Source: an uncultured Clostridia bacterium
GTDB lineage: Bacteria; Bacillota; Clostridia; Christensenellales; Borkfalkiaceae
NCBI GenBank assembly: GCA_964426105.1
Contig: CAYRPB010000001.1
Location: 1-47,723, forward strand
Length of the DNA: 47,723 bases
Direction: 5' to 3'
A model generated the notes under the pieces. It was not told the origin of the DNA and ran no database searches. It saw only the letters and a list, made by a program, of their open reading frames with translations. A program made the translations under genes and the position numbers. This document shows, one piece after another, positions 34,073-43,590 of the stretch. The stretch's first letter is position 1; every line of letters starts with the position of its first letter.

Positions 34073-35734
34073 ATGTCAAACGCAATTTTAACGCCTATAA
34101 CGCTTTGGAAGAACTCGGATGCGGTTTTGCCCTTGGAAAAGGTGTCGACGGAACGCTTTGTTTGCGATGGAATCGTATGGGAAAACGTGCGCTTTTCCGG
34201 AAGAGAAACAGGGTACGGTCGCGTATCCGTTTCGGGGGTATATGCACATCGAGAGAACGAATCTTGCGAGGCAGCGCTTTTGTTTTTGCCTGAGGTCGGA
34301 AAAAAAGAAGATAAAGTGTTAATAGAGCGTTTCGTAAAAATGGGGTTCAGCGTGCTTTCCGTTGATTATTGCGGTGCCGGGAGTGCCGTCGGTACGCGTT
34401 ATCCGACCGCTCTTTCTTATGCTAATTTTGATCAAGCGGATTATTCTTGCAACTTGGAAGAGGATGCCGCGGAAACTTGTTATTACGAATGGGGTTGTAC
34501 CGCTCGTTATGCTGTAAAATTTTTGAAGGAAAGTTGTCCTCAAAAAAAAGTCGGTGTTTTCGGTACGGGCTATGGCGGCGACGTTGCCTGGTATCTCGCT
34601 TCGATGGATGAGGAGATCGATTGCGTTGCCGTTGCGCACAGCGTCGGATGGCGCGCGTATGCGAAAGCGTTTCGATACGGAGAAAATCCGGAGCCTGCTT
34701 TTGAAGAGGGAAACTATCGCTATCTTGCGGGGATTGATATACAGGCTTACGCGCAATACGTAAAATGTCCTGTGTTGATTATGGCATCGACCAACGATCC
34801 TCATTGCGATTGCGACCGCGCAGGCGATACGATTGCTCGTCTTGACGGAAATTTGCAGTCTTCTTTGTACTTATCCGTCAATTCGGAATATTATCTGGAT
34901 AACAGAGCGTTAAAAGATCTTGCGTTATTTTTCAATTCGCTCGTGAAAGAATGTCCTTTGCACCGCGTTGCGGAAATCGTCGCCGAAAGCGAAGAGAAAT
35001 CCTTGTTGGTAAAAGTATTGCCGGAACAGGGGGAGAAAATCACTCGCATAGTGCTTTACGGTGCTTTTAACGAGGTTAATCCTGCACTGCGTTGTTGGGA
35101 GCCGATCGCGGTTATAGAACCGAACGAGGGTGAATATAAGTATTCGTTTTTGCCGAAAACGGGGGAAAACAATATTTTTCTTTTTGCGGAAATAGAATAT
35201 GATGACGGTTTTTTACTGTCTACTAAGGTAATTGCTAAAAATTTTTCTGAAAGTCGAAACTATACGAATCGCTTGTTATATAACAATAAGCGTTCTTGCG
35301 ATTTGTTTATTCCGATGTTTCAAACGGGCGTTATGTACGGCGATACGTTTTTAAGTCAAAGCGGAAATGCCGTTTGCGTAAAAAACGGTCCGATGGAAAT
35401 TGCGGGGGCTTATGGGGAAGGCGGTCTTAAAACGTATAAGATAAACGAAATTAAGAGATATTTGACCGAAGATTCGCTTTTGTTAATGGATCTTTATTCT
35501 CCCGAAAAATCGCTTTTATCGGTAGAAGTCGTATGTGACGCGGATACAAGTGCGGAAACGCATTATTTTGCCGAAGCAAAAGTACCCGGAGGCGAAACGT
35601 GGCATTCTTTGAAATTCTATTTGAATAAATTTAAAACGGAGGACGGTATGTTGTTAAAAACGCCCGATCGCATCAATCTGTTGGTTTTGCGCGTGGACGG
35701 CGATTTTCTGGTTAACAACGTTCTTTGGTTATAA
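34073..35734 (+). CDS. Alpha/beta-hydrolase-fold-like protein (nucleophile apparently missing) with a C-terminal beta-rich domain
   Basis: 553 aa. The N-terminal half resembles acetyl-xylan-esterase/dienelactone-hydrolase-type proteins (ALLFLPE...VLSVDYCGAG...), but the nucleophile elbow reads GTGYGG rather than G-x-S-x-G. The C-terminal 250 aa are unassigned. Confidence 0.4.
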   Translation: MSNAILTPITLWKNSDAVLPLEKVSTERFVCDGIVWENVRFSGRETGYGRVSVSGVYAHRENESCEAALLFLPEVGKKEDKVLIERFVKMGFSVLSVDYCGAGSAVGTRYPTALSYANFDQADYSCNLEEDAAETCYYEWGCTARYAVKFLKESCPQKKVGVFGTGYGGDVAWYLASMDEEIDCVAVAHSVGWRAYAKAFRYGENPEPAFEEGNYRYLAGIDIQAYAQYVKCPVLIMASTNDPHCDCDRAGDTIARLDGNLQSSLYLSVNSEYYLDNRALKDLALFFNSLVKECPLHRVAEIVAESEEKSLLVKVLPEQGEKITRIVLYGAFNEVNPALRCWEPIAVIEPNEGEYKYSFLPKTGENNIFLFAEIEYDDGFLLSTKVIAKNFSESRNYTNRLLYNNKRSCDLFIPMFQTGVMYGDTFLSQSGNAVCVKNGPMEIAGAYGEGGLKTYKINEIKRYLTEDSLLLMDLYSPEKSLLSVEVVCDADTSAETHYFAEAKVPGGETWHSLKFYLNKFKTEDGMLLKTPDRINLLVLRVDGDFLVNNVLWL

Positions 35735-35736
35735 GT

Positions 35737-35934
35737 ATGGAATATCAAATCGGCGATGTCGTCGTGACAAAAAAGAAGCATCCTTGCGGCGGAGATCGGT
35801 GGGTAATCGTGCGTGTCGGTGCAGATATGAAAATGCGTTGCGAAACGTGCGGACACGTTGTAATGCTGGACTATGCGGTATTTCGGAAATCGATAAAAAA
35901 ATACGTACCGCAAGGTCGGGAGGAAACTATTTGA
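35737..35934 (+). CDS. DUF951-family small protein
   Basis: 65 aa from the ATG at 35737 (MEYQIGDVVVTKKKHPCGGDRWVIVRVGADMKMRCETCGHVVML). CGG...CxxCG zinc-ribbon-like pattern typical of DUF951. The ORF-track start at 35725 overlaps the upstream gene. Confidence 0.68.
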   Translation: MEYQIGDVVVTKKKHPCGGDRWVIVRVGADMKMRCETCGHVVMLDYAVFRKSIKKYVPQGREETI

Positions 35935-36593
35935 ACGATCGGTTATTAAACGCTAAAAAAGACGACGGCATATTGAGTTGGATCACGTTTTTGTGCTTCC
36001 TCTTGATCATAGTCTTTGTTATAACGTTAGTAAATTCCAATCTGTTTTTACGAGTACAGGTTTGCGGTCCGTCTATGAATAACACCTTATACGGGGGCGT
36101 TATGCAAAACGGTACGTATGTCGGCGGCGATATTTTGCTCGCGGTAAAAAACAGAAAACCCGATCGCGGAGATATCGTCGTGATCGACGGAAAGAAACGG
36201 ATGGAAAACGGCAGTTACGCTTTGATTATCAAACGCGTAATCGGAATCGGCGGAGATACGATTAAAATTACAAAAGACGGAGAAGTTTATCGAAACGGCG
36301 AAAAATTGAACGAAACTTATATCGTCGGGAAAACGCTCGGAAGCGCAATAATCGGCGTTTGGTCGGAAGAAGAGAACGCTTATTTATACAGAGTACCCGA
36401 GCAACAGTATTTTTACTTAGGCGATAATCGGGAAAACAGTACGGACAGCCGTAGCCCCTACGCATATTGTACTTTGGATCAAATCGTCGGAGTCGTGCCG
36501 GAGTGGTCCGTTTCGGTTAAGGGCGTCGTCACTTTCTTTACGGAAGCATTTTTACCGATCGGAAATTTTTTTCGTTCGATATTTGGATTATAA
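35931..36593 (+). CDS. lepB: Signal peptidase I
   Basis: TTG start at 35931, 7 nt after GGGAGG, overlapping the DUF951 TGA (TTGA). TM segment ILSWITFLCFLLIIVFVITLV. Catalytic boxes GPSMNNTL (Ser), IKRVIG (Lys), GDNRENSTDSR. The ORF-track start at 35784 lies inside the DUF951 gene. Confidence 0.85.
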   Translation: MNDRLLNAKKDDGILSWITFLCFLLIIVFVITLVNSNLFLRVQVCGPSMNNTLYGGVMQNGTYVGGDILLAVKNRKPDRGDIVVIDGKKRMENGSYALIIKRVIGIGGDTIKITKDGEVYRNGEKLNETYIVGKTLGSAIIGVWSEEENAYLYRVPEQQYFYLGDNRENSTDSRSPYAYCTLDQIVGVVPEWSVSVKGVVTFFTEAFLPIGNFFRSIFGL

Positions 36594-36605
36594 GGAGTGA
36601 ATATT

Positions 36606-37121
36606 ATGACGAATATTTATCAAGAACAGGATTTTCGTAATTGCAAAAAACAGCGTAAAAATACGTTAATATTCTTTTTTTCCGTTACCGGGGTATATGC
36701 CGCGGCAACGATCGCGCTGTTTGTTTATTATTTGTTTTTACCCTATCAGGCGTCGGAAATCACCGGATTAAAGTGGATAACGTTCGGTTTGACGGCGATT
36801 TATATTATTTTTGCTTTTATCTTTTTAGGAATTCGTTTTAGACGCGTAAATCGCTATTATCGCATGTTTAAGGATGTTGATCTCGGATTGAAAGAGGAAT
36901 GGGAAGGCAGTTTTTTGCGATTCGGCGAAACGATAGAGGTAAAAGACGGCGTGGATTTTAAATCGTTGATTTTTTCGGAGTGGAGCAATAAAAAGCAGGA
37001 TTACTTTGAACGGAAAGTTTTATTCGATGCGGAAAAGGAGTTTCCTTCGATTCGAGAGGGCGAACGGGTTAAATACGTTACGCAGGCAAATATCCTACTG
37101 AGTTACGAAATACAAAAATAA
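36606..37121 (+). CDS. Hypothetical membrane protein (2 TM + soluble C-terminal domain)
   Basis: ATG at 36606, 8 nt after AAGGAG (the ORF track uses GTG at 36597). Two hydrophobic spans, then a hydrophilic domain of about 85 aa. No recognisable motif. Confidence 0.5.
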   Translation: MTNIYQEQDFRNCKKQRKNTLIFFFSVTGVYAAATIALFVYYLFLPYQASEITGLKWITFGLTAIYIIFAFIFLGIRFRRVNRYYRMFKDVDLGLKEEWEGSFLRFGETIEVKDGVDFKSLIFSEWSNKKQDYFERKVLFDAEKEFPSIREGERVKYVTQANILLSYEIQK

Positions 37122-37142
37122 GAAAAGAGAGGTGCGATACGA

Positions 37143-37412
37143 ATGAAAGCAATAATAACGGTAATCGGGCAAGATAAGCCCGGCATTATTGCAAGCGTGA
37201 GCGGATTGCTTGCCGAGTCGTCTGTCAATATCGAAGATATCAGTCAAACCATTATGAGCGGTAATTTTACGATGATTATGTCCGTGAATTTGAGCGCGAG
37301 TAAAGTCGCTTTGTCGGAACTTGCAAAATCAATGCAAGAATTAAGCGAGAAAATCGGCGTCAGTATCCGCGTGCAACACGAGGATATCTTTAACGCAATG
37401 CATAAAATTTAG
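37143..37412 (+). CDS. ACT-domain protein (UPF0237 family)
   Basis: 89 aa. [25 protein letters not shown]...[10 protein letters not shown] is the typical ACT/UPF0237 pattern. Paired with the UPF0210 gene downstream. Confidence 0.8.
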   Translation: MKAIITVIGQDKPGIIASVSGLLAESSVNIEDISQTIMSGNFTMIMSVNLSASKVALSELAKSMQELSEKIGVSIRVQHEDIFNAMHKI

Positions 37413-37419
37413 GAGCGAT

Positions 37420-38775
37420 ATGGTTAACAAAAGCGAAATATTGGAAACGATCGAGATGATCGATAAAGAGCATTTCGACGTTCGTACGATTACAATGGGA
37501 CTATCTTTATTTTCCTGTATTCGCGCGACAGCGAAAGAAACGTCGAAATGCGTTTATGATTTTATTTGTAAACGAGCGGAAAAAATCGTCGATGTCGGTA
37601 CTGAGTTGGAGCGCGAATACGGCGTTCCTATCGTCAATAAAAGAATTTCAATTACGCCCGCGAGTTTTTTGACCGCGAATTTTGTCGGTGAAGAAGTCGT
37701 TTTGGCGAGTGCGTTAGATCGCGCTGCAAAAACGGTCGGCGTTGATTTCCTCGGAGGTTATTCTGCGTTGGTACACAAAGGAATGACGTCGGAGGAACGT
37801 TCCTTTATCGAAAGTATTCCGGAAGCGCTTGCCGTTACCGATCGCGTTTGCAGTTCGGTCAACGTGGGAACGTCGAAATCGGGAATCAATATGGACGCGG
37901 TTGCTCTGCTTGGAAAAATTATTAAAAAGACTGCCGAAAACACGTCGGAAAAAGACGGCTTGGGTTGTGCGAAATTCGTCGCATTTGCAAACGCCGTCGA
38001 AGATAATCCCTTTATGGCAGGGGCTTTTCACGGCGTGGGAGAAGGCGAAGCCGTAATTAACGTCGGCGTTTCCGGACCGGGCGTCGTACAACGCGCGATC
38101 GAAAAAATTCCGAACGGTTCTATTTCCGAACTTGCGGAAGTGATTAAAAAGACGGCTTTCAAAATTACGCGCGTAGGGCAGTTGATTGCAAGAGAGGCTT
38201 CCGCTCGTTTGCGGGCGGAATTCGGAATCGTCGATCTTTCGCTTGCCCCCACACCGGTTATGGGCGACAGCGTTGCTCATATTTTAGAGGAAATGGGGTT
38301 AGAGCACGTCGGTGCACACGGTACGACCGCCGCGCTCGCCATGTTAAATGACGCCGTAAAAAAAGGCGGCGTAATGGCAAGTTCCAACGTGGGCGGCTTG
38401 TCGGGTGCGTTCATTCCGGTCAGTGAGGATATTGGAATGATACACGCGGTAGAAGCCGGCGAGTTAACGCTCCATAAATTGGAAGCAATGACTGCCGTTT
38501 GCAGCGTCGGAATCGATATGGTTGCAATTCCCGGCGATACTCCGGCATCCACGATCAGTGCGATTATTGCAGACGAAGCGGCAATCGGCATAATTAATAA
38601 TAAGACGACGGCGGTTCGCGTAATACCCGTTCCGGGGAAAAAGGTCGGGGACTGCGTGGAGTTCGGAGGATTGCTCGGTCATGCTCCGATTATGGCGGTG
38701 CAACAAGCGAGTGCGGAAAAATTTATCGGTCGCGGCGGAAGAATGCCTGCGCCCATTCATAGTAATAAAAATTAA
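37420..38775 (+). CDS. UPF0210 (DUF711, PFL-like) family protein
   Basis: 451 aa. N-terminus [24 protein letters not shown] and overall Gly/Ala-rich composition are typical of UPF0210 proteins, which are commonly preceded by the small ACT gene. Confidence 0.78.
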   Translation: MVNKSEILETIEMIDKEHFDVRTITMGLSLFSCIRATAKETSKCVYDFICKRAEKIVDVGTELEREYGVPIVNKRISITPASFLTANFVGEEVVLASALDRAAKTVGVDFLGGYSALVHKGMTSEERSFIESIPEALAVTDRVCSSVNVGTSKSGINMDAVALLGKIIKKTAENTSEKDGLGCAKFVAFANAVEDNPFMAGAFHGVGEGEAVINVGVSGPGVVQRAIEKIPNGSISELAEVIKKTAFKITRVGQLIAREASARLRAEFGIVDLSLAPTPVMGDSVAHILEEMGLEHVGAHGTTAALAMLNDAVKKGGVMASSNVGGLSGAFIPVSEDIGMIHAVEAGELTLHKLEAMTAVCSVGIDMVAIPGDTPASTISAIIADEAAIGIINNKTTAVRVIPVPGKKVGDCVEFGGLLGHAPIMAVQQASAEKFIGRGGRMPAPIHSNKN

Positions 38776-38782
38776 GAGGTGT

Positions 38783-40555
38783 ATGATGAAAAGAGAAGCG
38801 GTTGCTGAAAAATACAAGTGGAATTTAGAGGATATTTTTCAATCGGACGAAGAATGGGGAGCATTGCTTTCCGAGGTAAAAGGGGAAATCAATTTTAGTG
38901 AGTTCCAAGGAAAACTCGGTGAGGCGGATTTCTTTCTTCGCTGTATGCGGAAACAGGATTCCGTTAATCAAAAGTTGGAAAAACTCTACGTTTACGCGAT
39001 GATGCGGAGAGATTCGGATACGTCTGATTCCGCCGCCGACGCATTGATTATGCGTGCACAAAGCGTTTTAGTCGCTTACAATACGAATTTATCCTTTGTT
39101 TTGCCCGAACTTACGGCTTTGGATTCTTCGATTTTAGTCGCTTATCGGGATAACCCGGCTTTTTCCGATTACGATTATTTTTTGACGACGGTAATCAAAA
39201 GTAAACAGCACGTTCTTTCTCCGGAAGAAGAAAATTTACTCGCCATGGGCGGAGAAGTTTATTCTCAATTTCAGAACGCTTTTACGAAATTAAACAATGC
39301 GGATCTGAAATTTCCGGAAATTAAAGCGAAGAGCGGAGAGAAGATTCAATTAACGCACGGGACTTACAGCGTTGTTATGAACGGTACCGATCGCGCTTTG
39401 CGTAAAAAGGCGTTTGAGGGAATGTACGGAGCGTATTGCGATCTCTTAAATACCATTACCGCGATTTATTCGGGAAACGTTAAGAAAAACGTGTTCATCG
39501 CAAAGGCGAGAAAATACGATTCCTGTCTTTCGATGGCGTTAGCCGAAGAAGATGTCGATCCGATCGTTTATCGGAATTTAATTAAGGCGGTTCACAAAAC
39601 GTTACCTGCATTGCATCGCTATATGGCTGCGAAAAAACGTTCGCTCGGCTATTCTAAGATGTATATGTACGATATGTCTGTTCCGGTTGTAGAGAACGTT
39701 GACTTGAAATTAGAGTACGAAGAGGCGTTTGCCTTGGTGAAAGAGGGCTTAAAGCCGCTCGGCGACGATTACGTCGCTTTGTTGCAGCGTGCCTTTGACG
39801 AACGTTGGATTGACGTTATGGAAACCGAAAATAAGCGCAGCGGCGCTTATAGTACGGCGATTTACGACGTGCATCCTTACGTTCTTTTGAACTATCAAAA
39901 AACGACGCACGACGTATTCACGATCGCGCATGAATTAGGACATAGTTTACATTCTTATTTCTCCAACGGTGCGCAGCATTATGCCAAAGCAGACTATAAA
40001 ATTTTCGTTGCAGAGGTCGCGAGCACCGTCAACGAGGTATTGTTGTTGAAGCATATTCTTGCAAAGGCAAAAGATCCGAAACTGAAAAAGTATTTATTGT
40101 CGTATTTTTTGGAAATGATTCGGACGACTTTGTTCCGCCAAACGCAGTTTGCCGAATTTGAGGCATTAGCGCATGAAATGGCGGAAAAGGGCGAGCCTCT
40201 TACGAAAGAGAATCTTTCTGAAAAATACTTGGAACTCAACAAGCGTTATTACGGCAGAAGCATTGTTTCCAATAAGGAAATTGCATACGAATGGGCGAGA
40301 ATCCCTCATTTCTATACTGCGTTTTATGTTTATAAATATGCGACGGGTATTACTTCTGCAATGGCGATCGTTGATCGGATTTTGAAAGAAGGCGAGCCTG
40401 CCGTGAAAGATTATTTTGCATTCCTTTCGTCCGGTTCGAGTGATAATCCCGTCAATTTACTTAAAATTGCGGGTGTCGATCTGACCAAGCCTGCGGCTTT
40501 TGAAAACGCGATGAACGTATTCAAAGAAACGCTTTTCGAATTTGAAGCGCTTTAA
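38783..40555 (+). CDS. pepF: Oligoendopeptidase F (M3B metallopeptidase)
   Basis: Start at the ATG pair 38783/38786 after AAGAGG (the ORF-track start at 38681 lies inside the upstream gene). N-terminus REAVAEKYKWNLEDIF and zinc motif HELGHSLH. Confidence 0.9.
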   Translation: MMKREAVAEKYKWNLEDIFQSDEEWGALLSEVKGEINFSEFQGKLGEADFFLRCMRKQDSVNQKLEKLYVYAMMRRDSDTSDSAADALIMRAQSVLVAYNTNLSFVLPELTALDSSILVAYRDNPAFSDYDYFLTTVIKSKQHVLSPEEENLLAMGGEVYSQFQNAFTKLNNADLKFPEIKAKSGEKIQLTHGTYSVVMNGTDRALRKKAFEGMYGAYCDLLNTITAIYSGNVKKNVFIAKARKYDSCLSMALAEEDVDPIVYRNLIKAVHKTLPALHRYMAAKKRSLGYSKMYMYDMSVPVVENVDLKLEYEEAFALVKEGLKPLGDDYVALLQRAFDERWIDVMETENKRSGAYSTAIYDVHPYVLLNYQKTTHDVFTIAHELGHSLHSYFSNGAQHYAKADYKIFVAEVASTVNEVLLLKHILAKAKDPKLKKYLLSYFLEMIRTTLFRQTQFAEFEALAHEMAEKGEPLTKENLSEKYLELNKRYYGRSIVSNKEIAYEWARIPHFYTAFYVYKYATGITSAMAIVDRILKEGEPAVKDYFAFLSSGSSDNPVNLLKIAGVDLTKPAAFENAMNVFKETLFEFEAL

Positions 40556-41079
40556 TGATGGTCAAAGCAGTTTGTAAAAACGATCGAAAGGGATATGCTT
40601 CTTTTTTGATCTATACCGTTTTAGTGGTTAATCGGAAAATTATTACGCCGACCTTATTTTCTTTCTTGACGGTCGTGTTGGGAGTAATGTCTTTTTTCTT
40701 TCCTGCGGCGGTTGTTTTGTTTCTAATCTTTTTGGCAGGAACGCTTTTGCTGTTTGTCGGAGTTGCGTTAAAGATACGTAGTTCCGTCAATCGGGTTGTG
40801 AAGCAATCTCCCGATTTTTCGAACATCGAAAACACGTATACGTTTTACGAAAATCGTTTTGAGATCGTTACGAAAGTGAGAAAAAAGAAAGAGCAAAAGG
40901 AAGTCTTTTACGACGATCTAATCGCTGTTAAGGAAAGAAAAAACGTATTTTATCTTTACGTTACCGAACGGCTCGCTTTTTTGATAGAAAAGAAAAATAT
41001 CACGGAAGGAAGCGCGGAAGAACTTCGGACGATTTTTTCGAATTACGGAATCGGTGCTAAAAAGAAAAAATCCGCCTGA
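40555..41079 (+). CDS. YcxB-like membrane protein (2 TM + bPH-like C-terminal domain)
   Basis: 174 aa. Two hydrophobic spans, then FYENRFEIV...VFYDDLIAVKERKNVFYLYVTERLAFLIEK, resembling YcxB-type proteins. TAATG overlap with pepF. Confidence 0.5.
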   Translation: MMVKAVCKNDRKGYASFLIYTVLVVNRKIITPTLFSFLTVVLGVMSFFFPAAVVLFLIFLAGTLLLFVGVALKIRSSVNRVVKQSPDFSNIENTYTFYENRFEIVTKVRKKKEQKEVFYDDLIAVKERKNVFYLYVTERLAFLIEKKNITEGSAEELRTIFSNYGIGAKKKKSA

Positions 41080-41093
41080 CGGGAGAAAAGAAA

Positions 41094-42596
41094 ATGGCAA
41101 ATCAAGAAAAAAACGGAACGACTAAAAATTATAAAGAAATGCCTCACAATTTAGAGGCAGAGCAATCGTTATTGGGTTGCTTACTATTGGATAGCGAAAT
41201 TCAATTGGAATTGCTCGCGACCTTGACCGAGGACCATTTTTACAGCGAATCGCATAAGTATATTATCAATGCGATGCGCGAGATTTATGAGCAGAAAAAA
41301 GCCGTCGATCTTGTAACGTTGACCGATCAGTTGGAGCGGAATACGACGTTGGAGGCAGTCGGCGGAATTTCTTATCTGACCGAGTTGACTCGTATTGTCC
41401 CGTCTACCGCAAATTATAAATATTATTGTGAAATCGTACAACGGGACGGATTATTAAGACGGTTGATTCGAAGCGCGACGGCGATCGTGAGCGAGGCTCA
41501 ATCCAGTCAAGACGGCGAAAGCGCGCTGGCGTTTGCGGAAAAAACGATATTCGATTTATCGACGACGCAAGATACGAGTTCCGTCGTTGAAATCAACGAA
41601 GTAATTCCCGAAGTATTAGGTAAGTTTGACCAAATTAACAAAGATAAAGACGCTTTCCGTGGAATGAAAACGGGTTTTACGAAGTTGGATTATTTGACGA
41701 ACGGGCTGCATCCGACTGACCTTGTTCTCATCGCGGCTCGTCCCGCAACGGGAAAAACTTCGTTTGCAATGAACATTGTCGAGAACGTCGCTACCAAACT
41801 TACCGGGAAAGTCTGTATGGTGTTTTCGCTGGAAATGGGAAAAGAGCAATTGGTTCAGAGAATGCTCTGTTCGGTTGCGGAAGTCAGTATGGAAAAGGCG
41901 TTAAAGGGAGATTTGGGCGAAGACGGATGGATTAAACTCGGAAAAGCGAAAAATTCCCTGCAAAAGGCAAAGATTTTTATTGACGACAGTTCCTTAATTA
42001 CTCCGCCGGAAATGCTTTCAAAATGTCGGCGCGTAAAGAGAAAATACGGCTTGGACTTGATTATGGTCGACTATATTCAGTTGATGACGTCTGGGAGCAA
42101 GCGTTCTGCAGAAAGTCGTCAAGTCGAAATTACGGAGATTTCCAGAAGTTTGAAAATTTTAGCAAAAGAAATCAACGTACCTGTCATTGCTCTTTCTCAG
42201 TTATCGCGTGCGGTTGAAAGTCGAACGGGGCATCGTCCGCAACTTTCCGACCTTCGTGAATCGGGGGCAATCGAGCAGGATGCGGACATTGTTATGTTTA
42301 TTCACAGACCGGATAATTTTGCGACGGAAAAAGAAATTTTGGAAGAAAAAGTCCAGAAAAACGTAGCCGAAATTATCATTGCAAAGCATCGTAACGGCCC
42401 GACAGGCGTAGTAAAACTTTACTTTAGAGGTGAATGCACGAAGTTCGTCAACCTGGTGGAAAACGAACCGGAAGAACCCGTTTACAACCGAGATGAGATT
42501 CAGGGAATCGAGGACGTTCCCGCCCCGGAAGACGGAGACGCGCCTGCACCGGAAGAAGTGCCGCCGCTTTCGCCGGACGAGGATATCTGGGGGTAA
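41094..42596 (+). CDS. dnaB: Replicative DNA helicase (DnaB family; DnaC in B. subtilis nomenclature) with an acidic C-terminal extension
   Basis: 500 aa. N-terminal NLEAEQSLLGCLLLD, Walker A ARPATGKTSFAMN, Walker B LIMVDYIQLM, SQLSR, and the arginine-finger region. About 45 extra acidic/Pro-rich residues at the C-terminus. Confidence 0.93.
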   Translation: MANQEKNGTTKNYKEMPHNLEAEQSLLGCLLLDSEIQLELLATLTEDHFYSESHKYIINAMREIYEQKKAVDLVTLTDQLERNTTLEAVGGISYLTELTRIVPSTANYKYYCEIVQRDGLLRRLIRSATAIVSEAQSSQDGESALAFAEKTIFDLSTTQDTSSVVEINEVIPEVLGKFDQINKDKDAFRGMKTGFTKLDYLTNGLHPTDLVLIAARPATGKTSFAMNIVENVATKLTGKVCMVFSLEMGKEQLVQRMLCSVAEVSMEKALKGDLGEDGWIKLGKAKNSLQKAKIFIDDSSLITPPEMLSKCRRVKRKYGLDLIMVDYIQLMTSGSKRSAESRQVEITEISRSLKILAKEINVPVIALSQLSRAVESRTGHRPQLSDLRESGAIEQDADIVMFIHRPDNFATEKEILEEKVQKNVAEIIIAKHRNGPTGVVKLYFRGECTKFVNLVENEPEEPVYNRDEIQGIEDVPAPEDGDAPAPEEVPPLSPDEDIWG

Positions 42597-42597
42597 T

Positions 42598-43590
42598 ATG
42601 AAAACCGAAATTCTGGATATTACCGAAGAGAGCCTTTTATTAGCGCGGAATATTCTTGAAAAAAGCGGCGTCGTTGCGTTTCCGACAGAAACGGTATACG
42701 GCTTGGGTGCAATTGCGACGGATGATTCTGCGGTGAAAGAAATTTACCGCGTAAAGGGAAGACCTGCCGATAATCCGTTAATTGCGCACGTACACAAGGG
42801 GTTTAATATCGATTCGCTTGTGGAAATCGATCAACCGTACGTATACGAGTTGTTTCGGCGTTTTTCGCCCGGTCCGCTCACAATGGTGTTTCGCAGTCGC
42901 GGCGTCGTGTCTTCCGTCGCAACTTGCGGCGGAGATACGCTCGCAATTCGGATTCCGTCGCATGAAGGAGCACAGCGTTTTCTTCGTTTTGTCGATCGAC
43001 CGATCGTTGCTCCGTCGGCAAATCTTTCTAAACACGTAAGTCCGACTTCGAGTGCGCACGTTTATGAGGATTTACAAGGGAAAATTCCTTTGATTTTAGA
43101 GGGAGGACAGTGTTCGGGCGGAATTGAAAGCACTGTTCTAGACGTAACGGAATCAATTCCCAAAATTTTGCGTTTTGGTTTAGTTACGCAAGAAATGATT
43201 GCGAATGTCGCCGGAGATTGTGCTGTTGCGCGGCATTTGCCGACAGATCGCGTTCGTTCGCCCGGCGTAAAGTATAAGCATTACGCACCGAATTGCGATA
43301 CGGTGTTGTTTGAAGAAAACCAAATAGACGAAGCGCAAGTCTTTTACGCACAATGCGAGAGTTCGGGCGGCGTCCCGTATTATCTTTGTTCTGCGCGCGT
43401 TGCCGAACGGCTATCGGGAAATAAATTGGTTCTCGGTGAAAATGCGGAAGACATGGCAAAGCATTTATACGAATTGCTTCGAGAGGGCGAAAAGGTCGCT
43501 ACTTGTTTGATTGCCGTTCGTATGCCCGAAAGCGGCGGCATATACGACGGTGTGTTAAATCGATTAAATAAGGCGTGTAACGGAAAATGA
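42598..43590 (+). CDS. tsaC: L-threonylcarbamoyladenylate synthase (Sua5/YwlC/TsaC type)
   Basis: ATG at 42598 (MKTEILDI...), 1 nt after the helicase stop. The ORF-track extension from 42430 overlaps the helicase tail. YrdC-domain motifs VAFPTETVYGLGA, KGRPADNPLI, SANLS. A C-terminal Sua5 domain is present (331 aa). Confidence 0.9.
   Translation: MKTEILDITEESLLLARNILEKSGVVAFPTETVYGLGAIATDDSAVKEIYRVKGRPADNPLIAHVHKGFNIDSLVEIDQPYVYELFRRFSPGPLTMVFRSRGVVSSVATCGGDTLAIRIPSHEGAQRFLRFVDRPIVAPSANLSKHVSPTSSAHVYEDLQGKIPLILEGGQCSGGIESTVLDVTESIPKILRFGLVTQEMIANVAGDCAVARHLPTDRVRSPGVKYKHYAPNCDTVLFEENQIDEAQVFYAQCESSGGVPYYLCSARVAERLSGNKLVLGENAEDMAKHLYELLREGEKVATCLIAVRMPESGGIYDGVLNRLNKACNGK

Noticed and set aside
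40560-40566. A single GGTCAAA heptad, checked as a possible CtsR operator during the mcsA/mcsB analysis.
   Set aside because: It is a lone copy inside the start of a coding region, 6 kb upstream of mcsA. CtsR boxes are tandem heptad repeats in promoters.
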